This document shows positions 1-12,372 of a DNA stretch of 64,000 nucleotides, one piece after another. The DNA is taken from contig NC_042997.1 of NCBI RefSeq assembly GCF_006345805.1, forward strand, positions 27,838,001 to 27,902,000. Direction: 5' to 3'. The stretch comes from Octopus sinensis. Taxonomy: Eukaryota. The notes beneath the pieces were generated by a model that was not told the origin of the DNA, made no database searches, and worked only from the letters and a program-made list of their open reading frames with translations. A program made the position numbers and the translations under genes. How positions within the stretch are numbered: the stretch's first letter is position 1; every line of letters begins with the position of its first letter.

Positions 1-636
1 ACAAGTTGAGAATCAACTTTAACACAGTCAACATACAAGACATCTCAACGTCTTACTAATTCTAAGAAACTTAGCGTAATCATTGGTAATAGTAACAAAC
101 GAAATCGTTCAAAAACAGTAAGAGAATTTTCAAAACAAGTTCAAAACTTATAATTTAACCAAATGTAGAAATAAAAAAGATGCAATATAACTTTTTTTAT
201 GATTCGTTGCGAGATACATCATTTGTTTATTTCAAAACCATGTAGTTATTTAAAAATAATTAGTAAACTCTATGGAAAATATGGCATAAAGAGATCCATT
301 TTGTACATATTTTTGAATCTGATATCAAACACTATTTTCATGGCATAAAGAAAGAAATAGGCAAACAAATTAGCTCTTGAAAATTATATAAATTGATTCA
401 CATGTTACTTCAAAAATTGCGATCAATAACTTTGTTGATATGGTATTTTGGTTTTTGTTTCGGAAAAACCAGTGAAACATTCAAGTATATAATAGTTGTT
501 GTATTCTGTGACATAATATCTCATCTACGTCAACGGAAGCTTACATACAATATATATAATTTAAATCACGCTAGACTTTATGTCTATGTAAACGCGGCAC
601 GCACACACATATACACACATACATAATACATACCAC

Positions 637-678
<42 letters not shown>

Positions 679-1092
679 TATATATATACATACATACTAC
701 ACACATACATACAAACATACATACATACACACACACATACATATATAGTTAACTGTTCTGTTGAGACGTACGCTACTCAGTGAGAGATAAACAGCATCTA
801 ATGTAGGCTGTCTTAGAAAAACGGCTGATAGTATCTTGCTATTGTTACACGTTGTTGGCCTGACTTTTATAACGTGGCTTATCCAGCATGCTGAATTTTG
901 AATACAACCAACTATATACCCAGAGATTATATGCTGGGAATACGTGCTGGGAGACACAAGTCGCATTATAAGCATCTAATTAACCACGTGTCTCAACGTC
1001 AAGAAAATATTAGTGGTTCTTACTTTAATAGGGCACGCAGGAGATGATATATATATATAGAGAGAGATATATGTATGTGTGTTTGTGTATGT

Positions 1093-1150
<58 letters not shown>

Positions 1151-1152
<2 letters not shown>

Positions 1153-1383
1153 AGGCGCAATGGCCTAGTGGTTAGGGCAGCGGACTTGCGGTCGTAGGAT
1201 CGCGTTGTGTGTGTTTATTGAGCGAAAACACCTAAAAGCTCCACGAGGCTCCGGCAGGGGGTGGTGATCCCTGCTGTACTCCTTCACCACTCTTTCTCTC
1301 AGTCTTTCTTCAGTTAGCCTGCTCGCTTAGCCAGCGGGGTGGCGTCATTCGAAGGCTAAATCAATGCGAACGCAGCGATATGT
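1151..1383 (+). mobile_element. tRNA-derived SINE, family A (short-tail variant), 3' part interrupted
   Basis: Head ggaggcgcaatggcctagtggttagggcagcggac (A-box-like) is shared with copies at 7361-7668, 17525-17908 and 39082-39464; tail matches the 7361-7668 copy up to ~1383. Confidence 0.85.
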
Positions 1384-1960
1384 CTTCCCGTGTAGGTGAA
1401 CCACGATTTGTTAAATTGTTAAATTGTTGAATTTTCGTCGCCGTTTTTGCCTGTTTTTATAAAATTGTTTCTTCCCCATTTATGGGAGAAGTGGAGAAAA
1501 GAGGAGAGATGGAGCTTGCCGAAATTTATGCATCCGCAACAACACAAGGTATAAATACCAACACCCTTGGAGTACACGAGATAAAGATAGAGCCAAAGAA
1601 ATGGAAGTAAGGAACCAAATTGTTAGAAAAGGAAAGGATCCGTTTAAGGCTGACTCCTCCAGAAGAATTGATAAGCAATGTGGCAAAGAGGACGGCGGTG
1701 CACAGAACGTTGTCCACGTCCTCTAAGAAGATAGAGGTTGCACCAATAGAGGCAATAGAGGAGTGCCTCGAAAACCTAAAGAGGCTGACCACTTTTTATA
1801 CAGGTGGAAGGGAGTACGGTACAGTCGAGGTAAGGTTTGGCAACGAAGAAGACGCTATAAGCCACTCCACTGCCGATAAGAACACCGGAATGAGTACTTC
1901 TGCCAACGTACTATGGCAAACGCGTCGCTAGGGTAAGAATTGACAGAGTGCCCCCGAAAT
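1384..1960 (+). mobile_element. Tx1/L1-like LINE 5'UTR plus ORF1 fragment (3'-truncated, frameshifted)
   Basis: ORF 1620-1931, then frameshifted LPTYYGKRVARVRIDRVPP, homologous to LKPTYKGRRTSRVKVTEVVPP in ORF1 of the 55915-61401 element; both start with tcttcc. Confidence 0.65.
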
Positions 1961-2310
1961 ATATATATATATATATATAATTTGTTTAGGGGAAACGTTT
2001 TGTATACGCAAATAAAGGTCTTATTCCATTATGCTGGGGACCGTCCAATGATACTGACTAGCGAGCCAATTTCTGGAGGTTACATCGTTACATCAAGTAT
2101 TACCAATGTAATGCAGGATGAATATAACAATAATAACAATAATCCTTGGATGGAATTTATAAACATTTAATGCATCGCTATGCGCATTTCCACAGATAGC
2201 ATGACTGTAATCATCCCAGGAATACGAACTGTGAACCCCAAAAGTCATGCGATTGGAAACGCGCGCAGCGAGGCATTTGAAAATTTATAAATTCCATCCT
2301 AGGATCATTG

Positions 2311-2355
<45 letters not shown>

Positions 2356-2455
2356 ATTTACCCTCTATAAAACGCGCGTGCACGGTGGATTTTGAAAAAA
2401 ATTTAACATGTAAATACGAAGCGTGTTCTTTATCGCCTCGTTTCATATGTTAATC

Positions 2456-2536
2456 TTTTCTGCTGATGATAGCTTTGCCAGTGTAAATTATTTTAAATTA
2501 CTAAATATTGCTTGAAACCATGCATGGTACAAGAAA
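2456..2536 (+). ncRNA. Type I hammerhead ribozyme-like motif (slightly degenerate)
   Basis: CTGATGA 2463-2469; stem II agc/gct with a T-T mismatch at the base; GAAA 2514-2517; 12-nt palindromic stem III accatgcatggt 2517-2528; GUA cleavage triplet; stem I ttttctg/caagaaa imperfect. Confidence 0.65.
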
Positions 2537-3396
2537 TAGAGGGGTAATGTTTTTATTTTTCATTCCCTTTCGAAATTACTTCTAATAGTGGTTTGGAGTT
2601 TTAACTACTCTTTTAAGCGAGTCAGATGTCCTGCTATGGCCATCTGGTATGTCTTTAAATATACAATGCATTTTTATATGCATAATATATAGTCTATTGA
2701 CTAGTTTTTTCTTCTCGCTAGACCACTGGTAGCAAATAATTTTTCTAAATGTTTTTGCTACTCTGAAATTTATTAACATATATATATATGTTAATAATAT
2801 ATATATATATATATAATAACATATATATATATTGGTAAGACTGTACATACATATTCCCATACATTAAGGGGTGAAACCTGGACTTACTGTCAAATAAATG
2901 ACGCACTCAAATATATTGCGTGGTCCTTCAATAAAGATTTAACCGTTTATAAAAGTTTTATACATATACATGTTTGTGTGTGCACGCATGCCTGCGTATG
3001 TGTGTGCATTTGCATGCGTATGATTGCTTGTATTTATATAATTTCACACATGTCAAATATATGCACAAAAAGTTGCTTTTGACTACCAATTCATTTCCGA
3101 AATTCAGTATTTCTCATCATAATCAAAATTGTTCAAAATTACTTCAGGAATAAATTTATTGGTTTGTTGACAAGAGAAAATAACTATTTAAGTGGTGTAG
3201 ATACACGCAATCAGGTTTAAACTGCGTGAAAAACTATACTATATTCTGAACAGAGAACGTTAAAGGAAAGACCTATCAATTAATACAAATAAAGAAAAAA
3301 TACATACACCCCCCCGTACACTCGTATACACACAAAGATATGTACAAATGAATGTACAGAGGCACACACACACATACACACACATACACACATGTT

Positions 3397-3443
<47 letters not shown>

Positions 3444-3559
3444 CTGTAAGTATATATCTACATACGTCTGCGTGTATATATATGTGTATGTACATGTATG
3501 TTTGTATACACACACATATGTATATGTATTCTGGGGATATATGGCCCATGTCCTTAGAC

Positions 3560-3930
3560 TACTACTCCGTATATAGTCACCACATGTGTAAAATTAACGG
3601 TGGAGCTCGAAACAATCCAGCGAAGCTACACAATGAAGATCATCTCAGCGTGAGATGTCAGCTACTAGGGAATGTTGAAAAAGTTAAGACTGTACTCTCT
3701 AGAATGTATTGGGAAAATTCCTTGTAATTACTGTAGCAAATTTTGGCATTGAAAGTTACACGACTAGTAACGAGGTGCCACTGCATGCTGTCAAAGATCC
3801 CAACATCACTAACATGATAGAGGATCAGATATCGCAATAGCTTGGATTTCAAGAGCCCACGATCTTTCGATATCCTTCTAAAGAGACTGTAAGACCTACA
3901 TGGGGTAATTGTAAGACGTACATTGGGTAA
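3560..3930 (+). pseudogene. Possible decayed Penelope-like RT thumb / GIY-YIG relic
   Basis: Stop-interrupted translations ...LGNVEKVKTVLSRMY... and ...WGNCKTYIG; weak resemblance only. Confidence 0.25.
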
Positions 3931-4111
3931 GTGTATTTAGAACAAAACTGGATCCCCTCCTGTCAAGAAATCCACATGAACGTACAATGCCATTACTATG
4001 ATTACTTAGTGGAATAGATTACAACATTAGCACCACAATTAGCGGCACGGAAAGCAGATGAGGGTCACAACATCAAATTCTCTCATATAGAAAATGCCAC
4101 ATCGCAAAGCA

Positions 4112-4193
4112 GGCCTGAAGTAGTGAAAGTGTAGTAAAACTAACGGCAGTACACCGGCATGTCTGCAACTCATGAGCTGAAACTTGTAAAAGA

Positions 4194-4231
<38 letters not shown>

Positions 4232-4439
4232 CACACACACACTAATATATATATATATATATATATATAGGTTAATCCAAACGGGAAAACAGAAAAAACA
4301 ACAACACGTGGAACAATTACAGTATTATTATTATTAGGCGCTCAGGAAAATGGAAGAAGGAGGGTATGGAGCGCCTAATAATAATAATACTGTAATTGTT
4401 CCACGTGTTGTTGTTTTTTCTGTTTTCCCGTTTGGATTA

Positions 4440-4534
<95 letters not shown>

Positions 4535-4622
4535 GTGTATTCTTTTACAAGTTTCAGCTCATGAGTTGCAGACATGTCGGTGTACTGCCGTTAGTTTTAC
4601 TACACTTTCACTACTTCAGGCC
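4112..4622. repeat. Long fold-back inverted repeat (~230-250 bp arms, 25-nt loop)
   Basis: 4112-4343 is the reverse complement of 4369-4622 apart from microsatellite length, one substitution and small indels; loop 4344-4368; inner arms are family F sequence (cf. 16668-16872). Confidence 0.95.
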
Positions 4623-4646
4623 ATATATATATATGTATATACACAC

Positions 4647-4678
<32 letters not shown>

Positions 4679-4867
4679 TATATAAACTAGTAAAAGTATA
4701 TCTATCTATCTATCAATCAATCTATCTATACATACATATAGACAAATTTAGAAGATCTGTACAAAATGTAACCTGACAGTCTGTCTATCTCTACGCATAG
4801 ATAAATACATTCATACATGCTAAACACTCACACACAAACACCCACACGCATTCACACACAGACACAG

Positions 4868-4903
<36 letters not shown>

Positions 4904-5742
4904 TAATTTGAAGCGGAAACTTCCAAATTTCCATTTGAGACTTAACTTCGCATTTCGGATCCGCAGGCAGCGGTGAGATTATCACAATGTATAAAAGTTG
5001 TAAGACACTGAAAACGCTGGCATTTTTTTTTTTTTTGCCGGAACTTTCTATCGGTTTCAAACCTCACAAGTAAAAGTTATGGTTTATGTTTAGAGGCACT
5101 AAATCCCAATTGTGGTGCTAATGTTGTAATCTATTCCACTAAGTAATCATACTCATGGTATGATTATAAAACCCCGAGGGAAATATCAAAAGCCACCATT
5201 GCCAATACAAGTCTTGTTTGATATGTGATTACATTAGCATATTTACATTCATCAAACAATGTAAGTGCTGTTGATTCACTACAAAAGAATAATATTTTGT
5301 TGCAAGTTTCTGTAGTTTTATCAAATTTCGATTAGTAAAATAATAGAAACTTAACGTCAGGAAATACTGTAAAAATAGCTCGTTTATTGCCCATTGTTTT
5401 ACATATGAAAACGACTAAGAGGGTCCGGAATACACAAAAGGAAAATGCGCGTTTAAAAGATAAAAATGTGCAAACAAATTTTGTTTTTCGAAATTATAGA
5501 AAATTGGTCAACATTTTCTAATGAAATGGCGATCGTTAGCAATATTGATCCATATTTTAAGGTTAAGGGATATTAAATATGTTTCTGTTTTTAGGAGTTA
5601 TTAATTAAAAACAGAAAATATCACATAGTACGACAACTGCAACAACACTATGATATCATAATTTATTTGAGTATAACGTTTCATAGGTTAGATACTTAAG
5701 AGTAATACCTAAATCGAAGCCCCCCACCCACATACACTCACT

Positions 5743-5787
<45 letters not shown>

Positions 5788-5889
5788 ATATATTTACATA
5801 CATATATATAGAGAGGGAAACAAATTAAATGCATGTATATATGCGGATAAGCAATTTGAATATAGAAGCTTGGGTTTGATATAAAATAT

Positions 5890-5938
<49 letters not shown>

Positions 5939-5941
5939 TGC

Positions 5942-6002
<61 letters not shown>

Positions 6003-6440
6003 TGTGTGTATACATGCAAACAGAAACAAAACAAAGACTGAAAATTTCAGACGATGAATATTTAAGTATAAATATACAGCCGTTTATATTAATAGATCAA
6101 ACTTACACAGAGTGCAAAATACAGAGAGATTTAAAGGGGAAGTGGTAAGGCATTATCAGTCCAACAGCTATTTCTGAGGCCTCGAAGATCCGCCATGTTG
6201 TTGGTAGATGTTGTTCCCCACAATATGCAGGCTGTATTGGAAGCAAATAATCATTGGATGGATAGAATCTACATCATCATGGTGGAAAAAATCTTACATA
6301 TTAGATCATGATGCAGAGAAGGTTAAAAGTTGAATGTTTAAATGTGGAGAGTAAGCAGTATAGGAGGGTTGGTGGGAAATGAAACTCTTAAATGCTGGGA
6401 GGAATCTAGCGTCAGCCTTTTTAATAAATATATATATATA

Positions 6441-6830
6441 GGCGCAGGAGTGGCTGTGTGGTAAGTAGCTTGCTTACCAACCACATGGTTCCGGGTTCAG
6501 TCCCACTGCGTTGCACCTTGGGCAAGTGTCTTCTACTATAGCCTCGGGCCGACCAAAACCTTGTGAGTGGATTTGGTAGACGGAAACTGAAAGAAGCCCG
6601 TCATATATATGTATATATATATATATGTGTGTGTGTATGTTTGTGTGTCTGTGTTTGTCCCTGTAGCATCGTTTGACAACCGATGCTGGTGTGTTTATGT
6701 CCCCGTTACTTAGCGGTTCGGCAAAAGAGACCGATAGAATAAGTACTGGGCTTACAAAGAATAAGTCCCGGGGTCGAGTTGCTCGACTAAAGGCGGTGCT
6801 CCAGCATGGCCGCAGTCAAAAAGGAAACAA
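6441..6830 (+). mobile_element. tRNA-derived SINE, family B
   Basis: ggcgcaggagtggctgtgtggtaagtagcttgc...ccgggttcagtccc head and gatagaataagtac...gctccagcatggccgcagtc tail, repeated many times in the window. Confidence 0.9.
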
Positions 6831-7305
6831 GGAAAAAGAAAAAAGAAAAAAGAAAAAAAGAAATATATACTATACATATATGTATTCTTTTCGGACACAG
6901 AAAACTAAAGGAAATATTACATGTTAGAAAGCTGTGAAACATAAAAGTTTCCTCTATATTTTTGTGTAGAAATCTGTTTAATGTTACAGAGGTAACGCTT
7001 ACAGCAGTTACTCGATACTCAAGATGAGTTGGTAATATGTTTGGGACTTCGACATCAAAGATGATTTGGAACTAAATTTTCGCAAAATGAGTTAGGTGCC
7101 CATGTAATCGTAAGCGAAATCAGATATGGAGTATTAGGAAGGTGACAGTTGAAAAAGGAGAGGATTGCAATATGTCTACAACTGCGCTCAGTATTCAGAT
7201 GAGTGAAGTGGAACATTGGAAAATGACGTTCATTGTTCACATTTGCAACACACTCCGCCGCCTGGAAATCGAACATACGAGCTTAGAATTGAATAAGCTT
7301 AGAAT

Positions 7306-7360
<55 letters not shown>

Positions 7361-7367
<7 letters not shown>

Positions 7368-7668
7368 ATCACGTGACCAACCTGGCTATCAGATGTTGCT
7401 ACACATCGCTGGTCACAATGCGCTTCCCATTGTTTTAGTCTACAAATGACGCCACTCTGCTGGCTAACCGAGCAGGCATGCAGAAGAAAGAGTGACAGAA
7501 AGTAGTGACGAAAGAGTACAGTAGGGATCACCACTACCCCCTGCCGGAGCGTCGTGGAGCGTTTAGTGTTTTCGCTCAATAAAGACTCAAAACGCCTGGT
7601 CTGGGAATCGAAACTGCGATCCTACGACCACGAGTCCGCTGCCCTAACCACTGGGCCATTGCACCTCC
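7361..7668 (-). mobile_element. tRNA-derived SINE, family A (short-tail variant)
   Basis: Reverse-complement head at 7600-7668 with A/B-box-like motifs; tail ends in palindromic cacgtgatcacgtg next to (AT)n. Confidence 0.9.
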
Positions 7669-7703
7669 ACACATACACACACATATTTATACTAACTCAC
7701 ACG

Positions 7704-7900
<197 letters not shown>

Positions 7901-8598
7901 GCACACACATATATGCGTACATATATATGAATGTGTGTGCGTATATATATTTACTCCTCACATACACGTAAATACGCATACACACAAACATATAAGAATG
8001 TACCAAAATATTTTTTGACTCTGAATTCATTTTCATCATATTTGAATATATATAGATTTTTATTTTTTTAAAGAAATAATAATGTAAACATATTGAGAAT
8101 GACAAATATTAATATCATATTACAGGCGTAAATATTGAAACGAAATGAAAAAAATATATACAAAATATCTAGGTAAAGATCATGATACAAACAAAAATTG
8201 ATCGAGAGGGAGCAGAAAAAGAAAAAAATGAACGAGAAAATATCTGACGAAAATCAAGCTTTATAACATACTATTTCTATACTGTCATAATGGGTTGACA
8301 TGTCAACACGTTATAAATATATATTCTGAAATTATTTGTGCACAAATTACATTGTGTCCTATTTGGGTATGCTTTATCAATTCAGGATGCATATTTGTGT
8401 ACAGATATATATCCATACTTCATTACACCTCGCACACGCACACACAGAACAATGTAGAAGGAGGGAGACAGAGAGAGGGGGAGATGGATATATATATATA
8501 TATATATAGGGAGATGTACTCGCATAGCAAGTAATTTGATCTGAGATCGTGTGCTGAAACGAAAACAATTGCAGTGTGGAAGGTGTTTATAAGCCATA

Positions 8599-8813
8599 TA
8601 AGAAACACACAAAAGCCGTTCGATTCACTTCAACATTTAAGTTTAATTTGTCAAAATATTTTCGTCGCTAAAATCCGCGACCTGTTCACTGACAAAAAGA
8701 GATGCAGCACGGATTTTTGTCAGTGAACAGGTCGCGGATTTTAGTGACGAAAATATTTTGACAAATTAAACTTAAATGTTGAAGTGAATCGAACGGCTTT
8801 TGTGTGTTTCTTA
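8599..8813. repeat. Near-perfect 100-bp-arm hairpin (fold-back / MITE-like)
   Basis: 8599-8698 pairs with 8714-8813 with one mismatch (G.U-compatible); 15-nt loop gagatgcagcacgga. Confidence 0.95.
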
Positions 8814-8841
8814 AATGATATATATATATATATATATATAT

Positions 8842-8884
<43 letters not shown>

Positions 8885-8962
8885 TATGGCAGTATGAAAA
8901 GATAAATAGAACACAAAACACGTCTCTATCATCTTTTTACCTTTTACTTGTTTCACTCACTT

Positions 8963-9354
8963 AACTGACTGACTGCGGCAATGCTGGGGCACCACTTTGA
9001 AGTGTTTTAGTCGAATAAATTGACCCCCGAGATTTATCTCTTTTTAAGCCTGGAACTTATTCTCTCGGTGCTTTTTGCCGAACCGCTACGTTAGGGGGAC
9101 GAAAATACATCGACACCGGTTGTCAAGCAGTGGCGGTGGAACAAATGAAGACACGGAGACGCACACCACACACACACACACACACACACACATGTATACG
9201 ACGAGTTATTTTTAGTTTCCGTCTTCCAAATCCACTCACAAAGCTATCATCGGCCCAGTAGAAGACACTTGCCAAAGATGCCAGTCAGTGGGATTGAACC
9301 CGGAACCATGTGATTAGGAAGCAAGCTTCTTACGATCCATCCATGCCTGTCCCT
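8963..9354 (-). mobile_element. SINE family B, diverged variant
   Basis: Reverse-complement similarity to family B head (cccggaaccatgtg...agcaagcttcttac) and tail (gactgcggcaatgctggggcacc). Confidence 0.75.
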
Positions 9355-9464
9355 ATACATGTATATATATACTTATATATTTGACTGTTAGAAGTATGAA
9401 AGCGTTTTATATTCCGTGTATGCCGCTTCGATATGTGCCATGCAGTAAAGTCACTTATATATAA

Positions 9465-9858
9465 CTAGCAGTATCGCCCGGCGTTGCTCGGGTTTGTAAG
9501 GGAAATAACTATATAAGCATTTTTAGAGATGTAAAGTATAATAGCCATCTCAATATGGCTAACCACAAAGGGGGGTGTTACTGTAGCTTTTTACGTTCTG
9601 AGATTTAATAATACAGTTTTAGAGAGTTACTTTCCTTATATAATAGCAAAAGAATGCATTAAAAATGGGAAAAAATGATGGTAATTTTTTTTTAAATCGT
9701 AGACGCATCGTAGACGCGCGCTAATACCCAGAAGGGCTCGATATGAATCACGACTATAAGATACCCACTTTTGGTTACACTGCAGCGCAAAATGTGGGAG
9801 TAGTTAGGAATCTAAATCGTAGGAGACAGACACACAACTTCACTTTTATATATAAAGA
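9465..9858 (-). mobile_element. Non-autonomous Helitron (394 bp)
   Basis: On the minus strand: 5'-TC...hairpin cccgagcaacgccggg...CTAG-3', inserted between A and T; second copy at 34740-35133. Confidence 0.85.
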
Positions 9859-10657
9859 TATAATGTGTGTGTGTTTGCGTTACTCTACGTATTCATAAAT
9901 GGCAATTAATAAAGTATTGTTATATTCAGGCAAGTTTATGAATAAAAACGGTACATTTACTCATAGGACTCAATAATGAGAATACTGCCAAATATATTGT
10001 AAAGTTGACTGAGTCTTCAAATTTCACACACGCAAAATCATACGCAAAAACACACCCACATACATATGCATCACATCACACTCACACACATACACACACA
10101 GACAGACACAAACACACTCATACACATACATACACACACATACATACACGGACACATTATATTCATACATCAATTCAATTTGGCTATGAACCTTGTAGAT
10201 GTACAGGTATTAGCTACCAACGCTTTTACAGCACAAACCGTGCGTATTATTCTAAATACATCCGGAATTCCCTGAATATCCGTGGGCTATTTACAAAAGT
10301 ATAAACAAGAGAAACTGGTTTGAGCATACATGCTTTATTGCATAATAATACAATTGGCACATCTTCAATTAACCTGCAGATACTTGCGAAATTATCATTA
10401 TACAATTTATGAAATATATTAAATTTAATATTGCATCAGTGTTATATCAGCGACTTTGGTAAAAACACATTAGGTATGAGCGCAATGTGTATGCTACCCA
10501 AACCATATTGTTTTCTTTACTCTGACGATATTTTCTTTTGTTCATTTAATCATGTTTTTTTTTTTCATTCAATCATATATAATATATATACATATATATT
10601 ATATATGAATCAAGTGAGAACATATTATTATCATTATTATCATCATTATCATCATCA

Positions 10658-10718
<61 letters not shown>

Positions 10719-10801
10719 GTCCGTGGGCATAAGGCGTAACGGTTGTGAGCGCGGGCTACTATCCCCAAGATTCCGAGTTCGATTTCAGGCAGTGACCTGA
10801 A

Positions 10802-10836
<35 letters not shown>

Positions 10837-11045
10837 ATTATAATAGCAATAGTAACAACTTCGGAAAAATACTTTAGGAATGAAGACCCTGGTTAGAAAT
10901 TCCCCGAAGAAACCTAATGAAGGCTGGAGGATATATCAGCCGAAACATTGTGTTAACAACAAACAAGATTGGGAAAAATATCCGTCAATTTTAAATAATG
11001 TAATTAATGTACATAGTTCCTCATCTCTTAAATATAGATCTGTAT
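10719..11045 (+). mobile_element. Family E: tRNA-like head + microsatellite + hammerhead-bearing Penelope-like tail
   Basis: A-box-like aggcgtaacggtt 10732-10744; B-box gagttcgattt 10775-10785; (TAC/TAA)n; HHR-like motif 10909-10954; tail shared with 27745-28046 and 55337-55498. Confidence 0.7.
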
Positions 11046-11559
11046 GTTGCATTGTATTATGTCATATTATAATATATTAAATTGTATATACAAGGGTGTT
11101 TTTTTTTTTTGGAAAATGAAAGTTAATCGCTTTATCAATTGAACAAATTGTATAGGAAATAGCAAACATGGTTGCTTGTAGTTCATGAGATATCTCGAGA
11201 AAAGAGAAAACGTTTCAATTGTGAGTACGTATAACATTGAGTTAATTTTGATTTACATTTATCTTAGCTACATAAATAGGGGTGTCAGAAATTATTTTGG
11301 CTGTATTTAATCTTTGCTTGAGAACTTAATTTTAGTCCTCCGGAATGCCTGAAATAAATTAGGAGATTATGTAATTATCTCGTGATTGCCCTTAAATGAT
11401 TATGTTAAAATTGTATCTATATCTGGGAGTTATTGTTTATAAGGTGAAGAAGACTATAGTAAGTAAGGACTGGAAGTTAATCTAGATTTGGTTATGTTGT
11501 CTATCAATTGAACTTTGGCAGATTGTATAGTTATAAACAACGTCTTACAATTCGTTCTT

Positions 11560-11980
11560 CCTATGTAGTGTGTCTATATATGTCACTGATACATGCGTCA
11601 TTGAATATAATATGATGGGCTGAAGCAATAAAGAAGAAAGTAGAGGATGTGGCCAACTAGATTCGACGAGCTCGATGCATTGATGGTGAAATTTTCTAAC
11701 TAGATAGGATAAATATAAACGCGTGGTAGCACGTGGTAAAAACATCTCCAACACCAATATTCTGAGTGCAAACCTTATAATCATAGGGCTTTATAGGGCT
11801 TTGTTTAAAGTCACTACCTGAAACGACTCTCTCAAGTAAACGTTTCTCTGACCAATATGGTTACAAAATACCATCAGGCAACTCATCGTGGATTGTGCAG
11901 GTGGAAATGCAACGTAAATTCGTTGTAGCCTTGAGAAAGGTACATTGTCTCAGAGTCCCTGCATTCTATTTACTTGTAAA
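11560..11980 (+). pseudogene. Highly decayed RTE-like reverse transcriptase relic
   Basis: Broken translations IRRARCIDGEIF*LDR, ANLIIIGLY and KGTLSQSPCILF echo the GFR..RST..QIF, N LI..I..LY and QG..LSP.LF motifs. Confidence 0.35.
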
Positions 11981-12016
11981 CGGGTACAAGCGGTAGCGCT
12001 GCGTGATAAACTTTGC

Positions 12017-12250
12017 AAGGCGGCGAGCTGGCAGAATCGTTAGCACGCCGGGCGAAATGCTTATCGGTATTTCGTCTGCCGCTACGTTCTGAGTTCAAAT
12101 TCCGCCGAGGTCGACTCTGCCTTTCATCCTTTCGGGTTCGATTAAATAAGTACCAGTTACGTACTGGGGTCGATATAATCGACTTAATCTGTTTGTCTGT
12201 CATTGTTTGTCCTCTCTGTGTTGAGCCCCTTGTGGGTAGTAAAGAAAGAG
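12017..12250 (+). mobile_element. tRNA-derived SINE, family C (monomer)
   Basis: ggcggcgagctggcagaatcgttagcacgccgggc...gagttcaaattcc head; multiple copies in the window. Confidence 0.9.
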
Positions 12251-12307
12251 ATAAACTTTGCAGAGTAATCATCTATCTATTCTGTCTCTCATTTTCTTTT
12301 GATGTAT

Positions 12308-12372
<65 letters not shown>

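Noticed and set aside
1151-1230. SINE heads as real tRNA genes
   Set aside because: They have A/B-like boxes but no complete cloverleaf, and run into repeat bodies
2589-2646. Apparent 58-nt exon (ag|TGGTTT...CATCTG|gtatgt)
   Set aside because: Good splice sites, but it lies in the tail directly after the 2456 hammerhead and is probably repeat-derived; no convincing partner exons or homology
3737-3926. Exon-like segment with one in-frame TAG, tempting as an A-to-I recoded stop
   Set aside because: The upstream frame also looks like decayed TE coding sequence; no evidence for editing or splicing
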